From a virus, in the IMG/VR virus record IMGVR_UViG_3300046542_000332, positions 1 to 64,000 of that record: a DNA stretch of 64,000 bases; one strand, written 5' to 3'. The position numbers were made by a program, and so were the translations under genes. Below are positions 1-9,545 of the stretch, one piece after another. The notes under the pieces are model-generated. The model saw only the letters and a program-made list of their open reading frames with translations. It was not told the origin of the DNA and made no database searches. Position 1 is the first letter of the stretch, and each line of letters starts with the position of its first letter.

Positions 1-436
1 CAACCACCGCCTGCTGATAAGGGAGCAGGGCGACGTTTGCGCCTGCTAACGCAATGCGGTTTCGGGTGTTGTTATCCAGGGTGACAGTGGCCGGAAACTC
101 GCTGATTTCAGGGAGCGCCCACCCGTTCAAAGTTACGGCACTCGCGGTGCCCTCTTCGGCCGTGGTTTGCGTGGTTTTCGCGGCAGTCAGCGCCAGATCC
201 ATGGTCCGGGCTTCGCCTTCAAGCTCGCCCATCACCAGGCTCATCAGATGAGCTGCATCTGCATCCGCTCCGGTGGCGGCATCAGTAGCGCCACCTGGTG
301 GGGTTGTGTTATCAGCGGGCGCGCCAACGCCCGGAAGGGCCGTGGATTGCTCCACGGTTTCCGGGGTCTTAGGGGCCGCTGCGGGTTTAGCGGCAGCGGT
401 TTTCACCGCTGCTTTAACGCCAGTCTTCGCAGCCAT
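1..436 (-). CDS. Partial hypothetical virion-associated protein downstream of the capsid gene (runs off the window)
   Basis: ATG at 436 with AAGGGGG RBS; frame open to the window edge (MAAKTGVKAAVKTAAAKPAAAP...LLPYQQAVV); absent from the ORF track because it has no stop. Confidence 0.7.
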   Translation of the reverse strand, partial: MAAKTGVKAAVKTAAAKPAAAPKTPETVEQSTALPGVGAPADNTTPPGGATDAATGADADAAHLMSLVMGELEGEARTMDLALTAAKTTQTTAEEGTASAVTLNGWALPEISEFPATVTLDNNTRNRIALAGANVALLPYQQAVV

Positions 437-449
437 GACAGCCCCCTTC

Positions 450-2135
450 TTAGCTCAGTGCGTAAACGTTCTTGATGGTGATCAGCGCGCAGCCCAGTGC
501 CGATTGCTTGTGCGGGTTCACTTCGGTCAACTGGCGGGAGTACAGCGCCGCGCCGGTTTTCAGATCCGCGTTCACCGCCAGCGGGATCAGGGTTGGAGAT
601 ACCGCGTCCGAGAACACAATCGGGTTACGCGCCACTTGCGGGGAGCGACCGATGCACAGGATTTCGATATCCAGGTCGGTTTCCTCGACGACGTACGGGC
701 TGTAGATCACGTCGTACTTGTTCTTGTAGCGACCTACACGCCAGATACCCGGCTTGGCCTCGACACCGGATGCCACGAAGTCGGTGCTGTCCATGGACAG
801 GAACTGAGACATGCCGTGGGCACCCACGTACATGAAGCTCAGGCCGAATTCCATGGTCTGGTTGGCCACATCCTGGTCAACAGCAGCGACGAACGAGCCG
901 AAGTCGCGCCAGCCTTGCGCACGGGTTTTTTGCAGCAGCTGCTCAGCGGCGTTGAAGTCGTATTCGCGCTGGGTGTTCTTCGCCAGCTTGCGGACCTTGC
1001 GCAGGGCAGCGATGTAACGCTCGTTCGCCAGTTGGGTACGGGCGGCCTGGACAGCGATGGTCAGGCGGTCAGCGCCCAGTTCCGATTGAGTCGAGCTGCG
1101 CGAATCCGGGGTGGCCTGCATGATCAGGCGAGTCGGCGCACAGTACAGGCTGTAGCTCTGTGCCACGGTGCCGATGTACGGAGCCAGCTCAGGCTTGCCT
1201 TCGAAGTCGATGAAGCCTTGCGCTTCCACGTCGGTATCGACCGGCAGAGCCGGGGCGAACACCAGGGTGCCGGCGCCGGTGGTGACGTTGACGCTACCGG
1301 TGATGACGTAGTTGTTGGCGCCGATCTTGACCTGGCCGGAAATCAGCGAGGTGGCGGTACCGGAATTGTTTTGCTGCTCGAAAGCCACCGGGAAGCCGTT
1401 CACCACAATCGCGGTGCGGTTGCGGATCAGCGGCACGGTGGCGCCAGCGCCGGCAATGCCAGCGGTGAACGCGAAGGTACCGGCATCACGCTCGGCGTCG
1501 AGGGTGACGGGCACCAGACGCTCGGAACGGGTGTACTCACGGCCGCCTGCGGTACCGTCGATGATGTCGCCTTCGGTGTACGCGCCGAAAGTCGAGCCGG
1601 CAATCGAAGTGATGATCGCCAGCTTCGATTCGTTCGAAGACAGGTCGGATGGCAGGTAGGCGCCGAACGGAATCGCCTCGCTCAGGCCGCCGGTGATGGC
1701 TACCGCGATGCGGTTTGGCTGGTGCGACAGGGTGGCCGATTGGTTGTTGGTGCTGATGCTGTCCAGGGTGGTGCCGTTCGGCAGGACGTGGCCGTTTTGA
1801 CCGTCTGCCAGGTTTTCCGCTTGGGAGATAACCGCGTCGATCATGTCAGCGGACGGGGTGAAGCCGTGTTTGCGTTCGAAGTTGCTGATACCGTCCAGCA
1901 TGGAGGTAACCGCCAGGGCGCGGCCAGCGTCGCCGTCGATCTTGTCCAGCAGGCGAGCCATACGCGCCGGCAGGAGGGTTCCGGCGTTGGCTACGGCGTT
2001 TTTCACAACGTCCTGAGCCGGGGCGCTCATGCTGTCGAGCATGTTGCCATTGCTGCGGGCAGCGCCGACCAACGTGCCGATCTTGGCTTCAACTTCACCC
2101 AAACCGGAGTCGGGCGCGTAAACATTCTTAGACAT
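450..2135 (-). CDS. Major capsid protein (P1 gp23-like)
   Basis: About 560 aa, P1 gp23-like size and sequence; likely start MSKNVYAP with GAGG RBS; late promoter upstream. Confidence 0.8.
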   Translation of the reverse strand: MSKNVYAPDSGLGEVEAKIGTLVGAARSNGNMLDSMSAPAQDVVKNAVANAGTLLPARMARLLDKIDGDAGRALAVTSMLDGISNFERKHGFTPSADMIDAVISQAENLADGQNGHVLPNGTTLDSISTNNQSATLSHQPNRIAVAITGGLSEAIPFGAYLPSDLSSNESKLAIITSIAGSTFGAYTEGDIIDGTAGGREYTRSERLVPVTLDAERDAGTFAFTAGIAGAGATVPLIRNRTAIVVNGFPVAFEQQNNSGTATSLISGQVKIGANNYVITGSVNVTTGAGTLVFAPALPVDTDVEAQGFIDFEGKPELAPYIGTVAQSYSLYCAPTRLIMQATPDSRSSTQSELGADRLTIAVQAARTQLANERYIAALRKVRKLAKNTQREYDFNAAEQLLQKTRAQGWRDFGSFVAAVDQDVANQTMEFGLSFMYVGAHGMSQFLSMDSTDFVASGVEAKPGIWRVGRYKNKYDVIYSPYVVEETDLDIEILCIGRSPQVARNPIVFSDAVSPTLIPLAVNADLKTGAALYSRQLTEVNPHKQSALGCALITIKNVYALS

Positions 2136-2189
2136 GTGTAACCTCATTTCTGACAAATGGTGGGCGGCGCCCGATTCGTTTCAGAAATG

Positions 2190-2231
2190 ATGTTAAGTGG
2201 CAAAAACCCCCGTTTTTGGCGGGGGTTTGCA
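2190..2231 (-). promoter_or_regulatory. Late promoter (TGCAAACC ... TAACAT) overlapping a terminator-like hairpin
   Basis: GCAAA-30nt-YANNNT consensus shared by 11 sites; aaacccccg/cgggggttt inverted repeat in the spacer. Confidence 0.65.
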
Positions 2232-2252
2232 TGGTTTTCGCGCTCCGCGAAG

Positions 2253-4913
2253 CTACTTTTTGATCACGATCAAGCGGCCATTTGCGCCGGTTTGCGCCAA
2301 CAGGTCTTTGTCCTTGAAGGTGCCCCCTTCCAGCTTTTCAATCGTGGCGTCATGCGTATCGAGCCAGGTGCGAAAAGCGACAGCCTTCTGGTCGGTACCG
2401 AAAAACACACCCTCCCCCGCAATCGCTACCAAGGTGCCGCCGCTGGCCAGCATGTCGAAGGCGCGCATGATGTGTGCCGCGTCCCGGCGCTGACTGAAAG
2501 GCGGGTTCATGAGGATGGCTTGATACGGCTGCTCGGGCGTGAAGCCGTCAAAGTCGTGATCCACCACGGTGTACCCCTTGGCCGTGAGGATGTTGCGCAG
2601 CTGGCTGGATATCTCGATCACGTCGACTTCGCCGCCGGCGGCCTTTGCAGCGTCCGCCAGGTTGCCGTTACCGGCGCTCGGCTCCAATACCCGCGTGCCT
2701 TGGGTGATACCCGCCAGCCTGGCCATGCGCTGCGCCACGTTTGCAGGCGTTGGGAAAAAGTCGATGCCGACCTTCTGGCCAATGATTGCCCGTTCGGCCT
2801 TCTTGACCGCGCTTTCTTCGGTCTTGGCCACCATCATCGGCAGCAGCTCACGCGCGGCCTCACGCAAGGTCGAGGCGTCGGTGATACCCATCCGCGCCAG
2901 ACGATCCTGGCGGGCCAGGCTTTCCACGGCATCTTGCAGCGTGTACCCCTCTTTCAGCCCCTTGAGCACGTCATAGGCCTTTCGGGTAATCGCGGCATCC
3001 TCGGGGTTCATGGTGAAGCGCTCAGCGCGGGCGCCCATCTTGTACAGGGCAGCAATCAGCCGGGCATTGCCGGTCGGGCTCTTCTTGGCGATGATCTTGG
3101 CGGCGTCGTTGTAGCGGCTCGCCCACGTTACCTGGCTCGGCATTACGACGTTTTTCAAGTCTTCGTCATCGAATGGGCGGCCTTTGCGTTTCAGCTGCTC
3201 GCTATAGCTCAGGCGCCGATCCGTCTCGTATTGCGCCAGGCGCAGCGCTCTTTGCAGCTCTTCCAGTTGGGCGCGGCTGCTGAGTTTGGTCAGCAGGCCA
3301 GCGGCGCCGACTTCGATAGCGTCCGCGATGTTGTTGAGCGTCAGGCCATCGGCCTTGTTGGTGGCGGCCTTGGCGATGGCGCTGGCGGCCATGCCGGCGC
3401 GTCTGGCGGTGTTGGTGAGCCGATCCCGGCCCATGTCCGCATCGCCACCTTCAACGGCCTTGCTCGCCACGCTGCGCAGCTTCTCTACTTGCGTGGCCAG
3501 GGCTTTCTGGCGGCGCTCTTCGGCCAGGCGCTCGTCCGTGGCGGCTTTCTCGGCTTGCTGATCGGGCGACAGCACCACCGGCGCCGGCGCGGCCTGAATG
3601 TGCGCGGTGTCGCCGCTCAGGTGCTTCTCGCGGATGAAATACCCGCCATTCATGCGCCAGGTGTAGGGGTCGATAGCCTTGGCTTCGGCCAGGCTCAAGT
3701 CCGTGCGGATGATCCCGCGCAGAACCTTTTCCTTCTTGGTGGTGTACTCAACGATTTCATGCTGCACCGCTGGCGCTGCGGCCGGCTGGTCAAGCGTGGC
3801 CTCTTCCACCACAGCCACCGGTACCGGCGCTGGCTCAATGGGAGCCCTGGCCGACTTTGCACGCTCCGAAAGGTGCTCATCCGACCATTGGCGAATGTAG
3901 GCGGTCGCTTTGGCGTTCCAGGCATCACGCGCCGACCCATTCGTGTAAGGCATTGGTTCTACGCCGGTGGCCCGGTATTCGGTCAGGCGCGCTTGCACCC
4001 AGCCCATATACCCGACTTGCACCATGGTGCGGCCAATGGCGTGAATATCCTCAAGGGTGTCCAAGTAGGCTTGATAGCGTGAGTTATTCACCCGCCCTTG
4101 CCCTATGGTTTCCTCCCAATCAGCTTGGCTCTGAGCTTCCCATTCGGCAGCGAATGCGTCGTTCTCGGCCTTGATGGCGGCCTTTTCATCATCCGTCAAC
4201 GCGGTGCTGTCGCCGGTACGCTTGGCATAAGCCATTCGTTCGGCGTCCTCGCGCGCTGCATTGTCGGCCTTGCGTTGCGCAATTGTGTCCTGCTCGGCCT
4301 GGTACGCCTCAACGTCGGCAGGCGCCGCATCTTCACCAAACACAGCCTTGTACTTCTCGGCGCCCCACTCCTGCGCCATCAGGCTTTTCAGCCTTGGCAG
4401 GTCGTTGGCAATCCCTGATAGCTTGCCCTCGACCGCCACCGAAACCCCGCCGATATCGGCATAGCTGTAAATCACCGCGCCCGACGCCAACGTCTCTTGG
4501 GTGCTCGGCAGATACTGCGCCAGCCGCGCCTGGCTCTTGGTCAGCAGCAGGCCGGTAGGCGCCTTGGTGTATTTGGCTTGGTCGAGATAGGTCCGCGCGT
4601 AGGTGTCCAGCGCGTCCGGGTCACCAACCACCAGCAGCCCGCCGTTTTTCTGCGGGATCTTGTCCGTGACCAGTTGCGTAGGCGCGGACTGTACCGGCTC
4701 AAGCGATGCCCCAGCATTGCGGCGACGTGTAGGCCGTCGAGAAACGCCAGCAGAGCCCAGCAGACCGCGCAGCTCCAAACCCCTGGCGCTGGCCCGTACC
4801 CGCTCAATCGGATTGAGCTTGTCGGCTTGCAGGGTGGCGCGCACCTCCAGAAGCTCAGCGCTAAAGCGCATTAGCTCCATGGCGCTAAAGTGGTTTCCTG
4901 CTAAATCAGTCAT
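2253..4913 (-). CDS. DarB-like polyvalent protein with C-terminal N6-adenine methyltransferase domain
   Basis: FFPTP, VLEPSAGNG (motif I) and ILMNPPF (motif IV); ATGACTGA overlap with the upstream gene; no SNF2 helicase visible. Confidence 0.75.
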   Translation of the reverse strand: MTDLAGNHFSAMELMRFSAELLEVRATLQADKLNPIERVRASARGLELRGLLGSAGVSRRPTRRRNAGASLEPVQSAPTQLVTDKIPQKNGGLLVVGDPDALDTYARTYLDQAKYTKAPTGLLLTKSQARLAQYLPSTQETLASGAVIYSYADIGGVSVAVEGKLSGIANDLPRLKSLMAQEWGAEKYKAVFGEDAAPADVEAYQAEQDTIAQRKADNAAREDAERMAYAKRTGDSTALTDDEKAAIKAENDAFAAEWEAQSQADWEETIGQGRVNNSRYQAYLDTLEDIHAIGRTMVQVGYMGWVQARLTEYRATGVEPMPYTNGSARDAWNAKATAYIRQWSDEHLSERAKSARAPIEPAPVPVAVVEEATLDQPAAAPAVQHEIVEYTTKKEKVLRGIIRTDLSLAEAKAIDPYTWRMNGGYFIREKHLSGDTAHIQAAPAPVVLSPDQQAEKAATDERLAEERRQKALATQVEKLRSVASKAVEGGDADMGRDRLTNTARRAGMAASAIAKAATNKADGLTLNNIADAIEVGAAGLLTKLSSRAQLEELQRALRLAQYETDRRLSYSEQLKRKGRPFDDEDLKNVVMPSQVTWASRYNDAAKIIAKKSPTGNARLIAALYKMGARAERFTMNPEDAAITRKAYDVLKGLKEGYTLQDAVESLARQDRLARMGITDASTLREAARELLPMMVAKTEESAVKKAERAIIGQKVGIDFFPTPANVAQRMARLAGITQGTRVLEPSAGNGNLADAAKAAGGEVDVIEISSQLRNILTAKGYTVVDHDFDGFTPEQPYQAILMNPPFSQRRDAAHIMRAFDMLASGGTLVAIAGEGVFFGTDQKAVAFRTWLDTHDATIEKLEGGTFKDKDLLAQTGANGRLIVIKK

Positions 4914-7227
4914 CGTGAGCCCCAAATATCGAGTCGAGTAAAGCGGTGTTTTCTAGCGCCTTCTCAAAGGCTTTTTCGTCGCGCAACGCCTGGAATACCT
5001 GGTCGAAAGCGGCATTTATGCGGGTGCGTTCTTCGCCCTCGGGGTAGGGCTTGAAGGGCTCCCCCAGTGCGGGGAAGTAGTGGTGTTTGTTGTCGGCCAG
5101 GCTGCTCAGGTAGTCGTTTTGGCGGTCCTTTTCCGCCAGCTTGTCCTCCAGGTAGCTTTGAAAGGCGCGGGCCGATAGCTCGTCATGACTGGACCAGTAT
5201 TCTTTGCTCTTGGCGCCATCGAGCAGCTTGGCCTCGGCCATGAACTTGGAAACGCCCCGGCCGGTGTTGAGCTGGATGTCGTTGGTACCCTCGGGGGCGT
5301 AGTAGGCGGCGGCCAGGGTTCGCCATTGCTTCTTGAGTTTCAGCAGGCGCTCGCTGTCGATCCCTGAGAAATGGGCGTCCACGGCGAGCACAGCGGCCTC
5401 AGCGCTACCGGCGGCCTTGATCTTGCGGCTTACCTCGTTGTGCGGGCTGTCGATGTTGTGCCGGGCGTTGGCGCGGTTCTTGTCGGTGAACTTGATCAGC
5501 TCTGGCAGGCGGTGGTCACCCTCGCTGATGGATTTCTTGAGCGCGGTGAACGCGTCACGAATTGGCCCCTCAGGCATCAGGCTCGGGTTTGCGCTGGCGA
5601 AGTCTTCGGCGCCGCCTTCCTCACCGCGCAGCACGCTGTGCAGGATGTTGTCGACCGCGTGCCAGCACTCGTGCCCCAGGCTGCCCCCGCCGTTCATCTT
5701 GGTGATGTTGATAACGCGGTGGATCGGCTCGTAATGCCCCTTCGCGGTGGCGCCGCCAGCGTTGCCGGTACCGCGCGCACCGAACGCCATGCCCAGGCGC
5801 CCGCCAAAACCCAAGGCCTTTTCGCTGATCCCCAGCATGTCGGCCATGTCCATCATGGCGCCAGCGGCCTGCTCGACGTGCCACTTGGCGCTGTCGATAT
5901 CCTTCTGTACCCAGTTGCCGGTTTGCACGGCGCGGAATCCGCACAGGGTTTCCAGATCCTTGGTCGAATTGATCGGTACCGTGCGCCCACCCTTGCGCTC
6001 AAAGACATCGATCACCTTGAGCGCGAAGGTCCGGCGCTTCTGCGTCACCTTCTTTTCAACGGTGGCCACGTCCTTCTCTGCCCACTCCCAGGTCTTGGGC
6101 TCGCCCGCCAGCGCATTGGCCGCGTGGTCGCGGAACGTGCTCGATCCGGCACGACTGCGGAACATGGTCGCCTTTATGAAACGCTCGCCCAGCGATAGCC
6201 ACGCCTGCGTCTCGGGCGACTTGAGGTTGCGCACCTTGGCGATATCAACGATTTCGCGCTGCTGCTTGTTGAGGGCCTGGCGCTGGCTATCCATGGCGTC
6301 GAGGCTGTCGCGGTTTTGCTCCAGGTTCGCCCGCCAAGCTTCGGTAGCCTTGCGCGACTCGGCTTCGGCGTCGGTTACGGCCTTTTCATGCTCGCCCGTC
6401 AGTTTCCAGCCACGGCTCAAACGCTTTTCAATGTCGTACTTGGCCGTGCGCGCCGTCGAACTGGCCAGGCTCATCGCGTTGTAAAACACGTTCTGATCGT
6501 CGCGGATCGCCTTGGCCTTTAGCGCCAGGTCGTGCGATTGCTGCCCCAGCGCCTTGTATTGGTCCGCTTCGTCGGCGTTGAGCTTGGCACCCATCAGCTC
6601 TTCGCGGATTTCATCCATCACCGCCAGCACGTCCTTACTGGTCTTGCACGACTCCATGCGGGTGCGCAGCGTCTCCAGGCCCAGCACAAACGATTTGCGG
6701 GCCTCTGGGGTATTCTCGCCAGGCTCTTTGCCTACGGCCGCGTAGGCGCGATCCAGGAGGAAACCGGCGGCCGGCTCCATACCACCGGCTTGTAGCGCGG
6801 ACCAATCAACCACGCCGAACAGGTTCGACTTGGTGATCAGCTTCTTGGCTTCGCGGGGGTTCGCTTCGATAGCGGTAAAATCGATGTCGCTGGCGCGCAG
6901 CATGGTGCCGGATTCACGAGCGCCACGGATCAGCTCGGTGGCTTCCTCTTTACGGCTGCCAGCGATATACCCGGTGTCTTTGTAGCGGTAGTTTTCGGCG
7001 TTCGGATCGTCGCTCAGGCCATCGTCAGCGGCGAACTCAGCGGCCTGCTCGGCATCGACGGGCTTGGCACCGTCCATAGGGGCGCCACCTAACGCGGTGT
7101 ACAGCGCCAGCGCCTCAGCAGTCACGCGAACTTGTGCAATGGGGTTGAGCGTGCCCGACTGTAGCTGCTCGCGAAGCTGTAACAGCTTGGCGGCGCTCCG
7201 GGCCTGTTCAAGGGGAGTGAGGGGCAT
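4906..7227 (-). CDS. Large polyvalent protein (HExxH metallopeptidase plus LPD1-like domain), probable internal head/anti-restriction protein
   Basis: GGSLGHECWHAVD zincin motif; C-terminal YWSSHDELSARAFQSYLEDKL...YPEGEER typical of LPD1. Confidence 0.7.
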   Translation of the reverse strand: MPLTPLEQARSAAKLLQLREQLQSGTLNPIAQVRVTAEALALYTALGGAPMDGAKPVDAEQAAEFAADDGLSDDPNAENYRYKDTGYIAGSRKEEATELIRGARESGTMLRASDIDFTAIEANPREAKKLITKSNLFGVVDWSALQAGGMEPAAGFLLDRAYAAVGKEPGENTPEARKSFVLGLETLRTRMESCKTSKDVLAVMDEIREELMGAKLNADEADQYKALGQQSHDLALKAKAIRDDQNVFYNAMSLASSTARTAKYDIEKRLSRGWKLTGEHEKAVTDAEAESRKATEAWRANLEQNRDSLDAMDSQRQALNKQQREIVDIAKVRNLKSPETQAWLSLGERFIKATMFRSRAGSSTFRDHAANALAGEPKTWEWAEKDVATVEKKVTQKRRTFALKVIDVFERKGGRTVPINSTKDLETLCGFRAVQTGNWVQKDIDSAKWHVEQAAGAMMDMADMLGISEKALGFGGRLGMAFGARGTGNAGGATAKGHYEPIHRVINITKMNGGGSLGHECWHAVDNILHSVLRGEEGGAEDFASANPSLMPEGPIRDAFTALKKSISEGDHRLPELIKFTDKNRANARHNIDSPHNEVSRKIKAAGSAEAAVLAVDAHFSGIDSERLLKLKKQWRTLAAAYYAPEGTNDIQLNTGRGVSKFMAEAKLLDGAKSKEYWSSHDELSARAFQSYLEDKLAEKDRQNDYLSSLADNKHHYFPALGEPFKPYPEGEERTRINAAFDQVFQALRDEKAFEKALENTALLDSIFGAHDD

Positions 7228-7261
7228 GGGAATGGGCCTACATAGTGGTATGCAAGCCCAT

Positions 7262-7303
7262 ATTTTGAGGCGCTAAAACGGGGTTACTCGGCGGCGCTTT
7301 GCT
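7262..7303 (-). promoter_or_regulatory. Late promoter (AGCAAAGC ... CAAAAT)
   Basis: Matches the GCAAA-30-YANNNT consensus upstream of the 773-aa gene. Confidence 0.55.
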
Positions 7304-7955
7304 CAGCGGCCGGGCGCTCGTGGAACACGTACTGCGCCATAAACTGCTTGAGCGTCATCAGCTCGGTGGTGGTGGTGTTCGGGCTTCTGATTTGAACGTC
7401 CATCCCGGTGAGGGTGTCCAGGTCGCCAACGTCAAGCATGTCGAGAATCCACTTGCGGCGCTTGTGCGGGAGCGTCACGCGCGGATTGGAGATAAAGACA
7501 TCGCCCAATTTCCAGTTCTTCGGCTTACTCATGTCCAGGCCGTGCACGTCGACCACGGCGCGCTCCGGCTCGGGCTCGGCGGGCTCGGGCTCTGAATTGA
7601 TCACGGCGGGCGTATCGTCCGAGAGAAGGTGATACGGCAGAAGGGAACGGCTCGCCTCGGTCAGGCTTGGCGGGGGCGGCACAGGCGCAACAGGTGCCGG
7701 CTCGCTTGCCAGCAGCGGCGCCAACGACGGACACGCCAGCAGATCCGCAAATGTCTTGTACAGGCCTTGCGCGGGCTCCATTGGCACGCACACATAGCCC
7801 AGCTCGGCCAGGCTGGTGTTTAACTCCCCCAGCAGCTTGGGGAGAGCACCGGCGCCGACGATCAGCACCCGTTGAGCTTCGATCACGGATGCCTTCGTCT
7901 GCGCCAGCTCGCGCATTACTTCGTCACTACCACGCACCGCTAATACTTCGCTCAT
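7284..7955 (-). CDS. Hypothetical protein
   Basis: 223-aa ORF with AAGGA/AGGG RBS, co-oriented with its neighbours. Confidence 0.6.
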   Translation of the reverse strand: MSEVLAVRGSDEVMRELAQTKASVIEAQRVLIVGAGALPKLLGELNTSLAELGYVCVPMEPAQGLYKTFADLLACPSLAPLLASEPAPVAPVPPPPSLTEASRSLLPYHLLSDDTPAVINSEPEPAEPEPERAVVDVHGLDMSKPKNWKLGDVFISNPRVTLPHKRRKWILDMLDVGDLDTLTGMDVQIRSPNTTTTELMTLKQFMAQYVFHERPAAEQSAAE

Positions 7956-7999
7956 GCCCTACGTCCTTAATGTCCGGTCGGCCCGAATGGCCGTAGGGC

Positions 8000-8047
8000 A
8001 AACTCTAAAGCACCAAAACGCTTAGCCGCTTTGGTGCCTTTGCGTCA
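8000..8047. repeat. Array of six degenerate 8-mers (RHH/ParG-type binding array)
   Basis: aaactcta aagcacca aaacgctt agccgctt tggtgcct ttgcgtca. Confidence 0.5.
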
Positions 8048-8048
8048 T

Positions 8049-8522
8049 TTACGCGGCGCGCTTGAGCATGCGCGGGCGCTTTGATACCTCCCCGGTTTTT
8101 TTCAGTGTGGCCTGGTACGCCTCGACCTTGGCCCGGATCACTTGCAGCTCTTCGGGCGTATGCGCCAGATCCACCGTGCCGTGGGTGGCCACGGTAAAGG
8201 CAATGTCCTCATTGTTCTTTCGACGCACCCCATGCAGCCGCACGCGGCGAGTAGGCCCGACATTCAGCTCTATGCGCAGTACGGTGCTGGCGACCTTCAT
8301 GCCACTCACCGGAAACCACACAACATCCCCCACGACCACTTGGCGCGCGGGCTTTTCCAGTAGCGTTTGCATATACGCCCGCGCGGCCTGGCCTCGCTTG
8401 GTCAGGAACGAGCCGCTACCGTGGCAGCGCGCACAATCAACGCCCGCGCGCAGGCCGGTACCGATGCAGTGGGCGCATTTGGTGGCCTCAAGCCGTGGCG
8501 CTTCCATAAGTGTCTTTGTCAT
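8049..8522 (-). CDS. CxxCxGxG zinc-finger protein
   Basis: CAHCIGTG...CARCHGSG. Confidence 0.7.
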   Translation of the reverse strand: MTKTLMEAPRLEATKCAHCIGTGLRAGVDCARCHGSGSFLTKRGQAARAYMQTLLEKPARQVVVGDVVWFPVSGMKVASTVLRIELNVGPTRRVRLHGVRRKNNEDIAFTVATHGTVDLAHTPEELQVIRAKVEAYQATLKKTGEVSKRPRMLKRAA

Positions 8523-8599
8523 ACGTTTTCTCTGGCGGTTTTAGTAATTCGTTCAAGGTATTGAGCTGGGGCTACCCTTCGGCACCCAGCTCGGCCCCT

Positions 8600-8812
8600 T
8601 TACTGATCGCGGCGAGGAATGCACGCCAGCTTCATGGAAAAGGACCCGGTGGTGGGTTCAGCACAAAAGGCCGCCAGTTCGGCCGCACGCTCACGCGCCG
8701 CGCGTTCTTGATACTGCACCGCCGCGATAGCCAGTAGCGGCAGGCCCACGACCAGCAGCGCGAAACCTAAGCGGCGGGTGATAGAGCGGGCTGGTGTGTT
8801 TGTAGTGGTCAT
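8600..8812 (-). CDS. Small membrane protein
   Basis: Single hydrophobic helix LGFALLVVGLPLLAIAAV; AAGGA RBS. Confidence 0.6.
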   Translation of the reverse strand: MTTTNTPARSITRRLGFALLVVGLPLLAIAAVQYQERAARERAAELAAFCAEPTTGSFSMKLACIPRRDQ

Positions 8813-8845
8813 GCGGATGATTCCTTTCAGATGTGTGCGAATTGT

Positions 8846-9064
8846 TTACGGCTTGGTACGCGCAGCCTTTAGATTTGCCTGGCATTTCGGGCAAACATCC
8901 TCCATGTACCCGTCCTTGGCCCGACGGCGAATCCATCCACCCTTCTTGGCCTCGGCCTTCATTTCCTTAGCCAAGTCCCGGCCAAGTGGCGTCATGGGCT
9001 TATCGCGCTCAATAATTTCATGGCAAATGTCACAGCCAATATCGCATTGATAAAACAGGGTCAT
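8846..9064 (-). CDS. Small zinc-ribbon protein
   Basis: CDIC...GWIRR...DVCPKC. Confidence 0.65.
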   Translation of the reverse strand: MTLFYQCDIGCDICHEIIERDKPMTPLGRDLAKEMKAEAKKGGWIRRRAKDGYMEDVCPKCQANLKAARTKP

Positions 9065-9089
9065 TGGTGGTGCCTTTTGCTCAAATTGG

Positions 9090-9320
9090 TTACAGGTCCA
9101 GCTCGCCTTGCGGGCGAGCCACTATGCGGCGGGTAAACTCGGCATGGCTGATTTGCCGTCCGGTCGCTCGCTCGATGATTACGTCCCCGCTACCGATACA
9201 GCCCTCTGTCGAGTTCAGGCCGCCCGATCCGCTACCGCCGCAATTGGTGCAGTTGCGGCCGTTATCGCGCACGCCATAGCCGGCGCAGCGCGGGCAGGTG
9301 CGAAAGTCGTAGTCGCTCAT
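9090..9320 (-). CDS. Small CxxCxGxG zinc-finger protein
   Basis: CPRCAGYG...CTNCGGSG; AAGGA RBS. Confidence 0.65.
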   Translation of the reverse strand: MSDYDFRTCPRCAGYGVRDNGRNCTNCGGSGSGGLNSTEGCIGSGDVIIERATGRQISHAEFTRRIVARPQGELDL

Positions 9321-9332
9321 GACTGGATTCCT

Positions 9333-9545
9333 TTAGCTTCGGTCGAATTGATCCATGTCCGTCTTGATGCTCTGCCAGCGCAGCACCGTATAGCGCCCAA
9401 GATTCAACTTGGTGTCGGTGGTGATCTGATCAGCATCCCCGCTCGTCTCGATCCACAGATTGATCAGCGGACGACCAAGGCCGCCACGGAACAGGCGCTG
9501 CAACAGGGTGCGTTTTAGCGGCTTTTCGGGTTGCGTGGCGCTCAT
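9333..9545 (-). CDS. Small hypothetical protein
   Basis: ATGA overlap with the upstream gene. Confidence 0.55.
   Translation of the reverse strand: MSATQPEKPLKRTLLQRLFRGGLGRPLINLWIETSGDADQITTDTKLNLGRYTVLRWQSIKTDMDQFDRS

Noticed and set aside
273-4082. Long plus-strand ORFs (622 aa, 641 aa) and many similar ones such as 25821-27188
   Set aside because: Antisense shadows of high-GC minus-strand genes with recognisable motifs; no RBS and no protein motifs of their own
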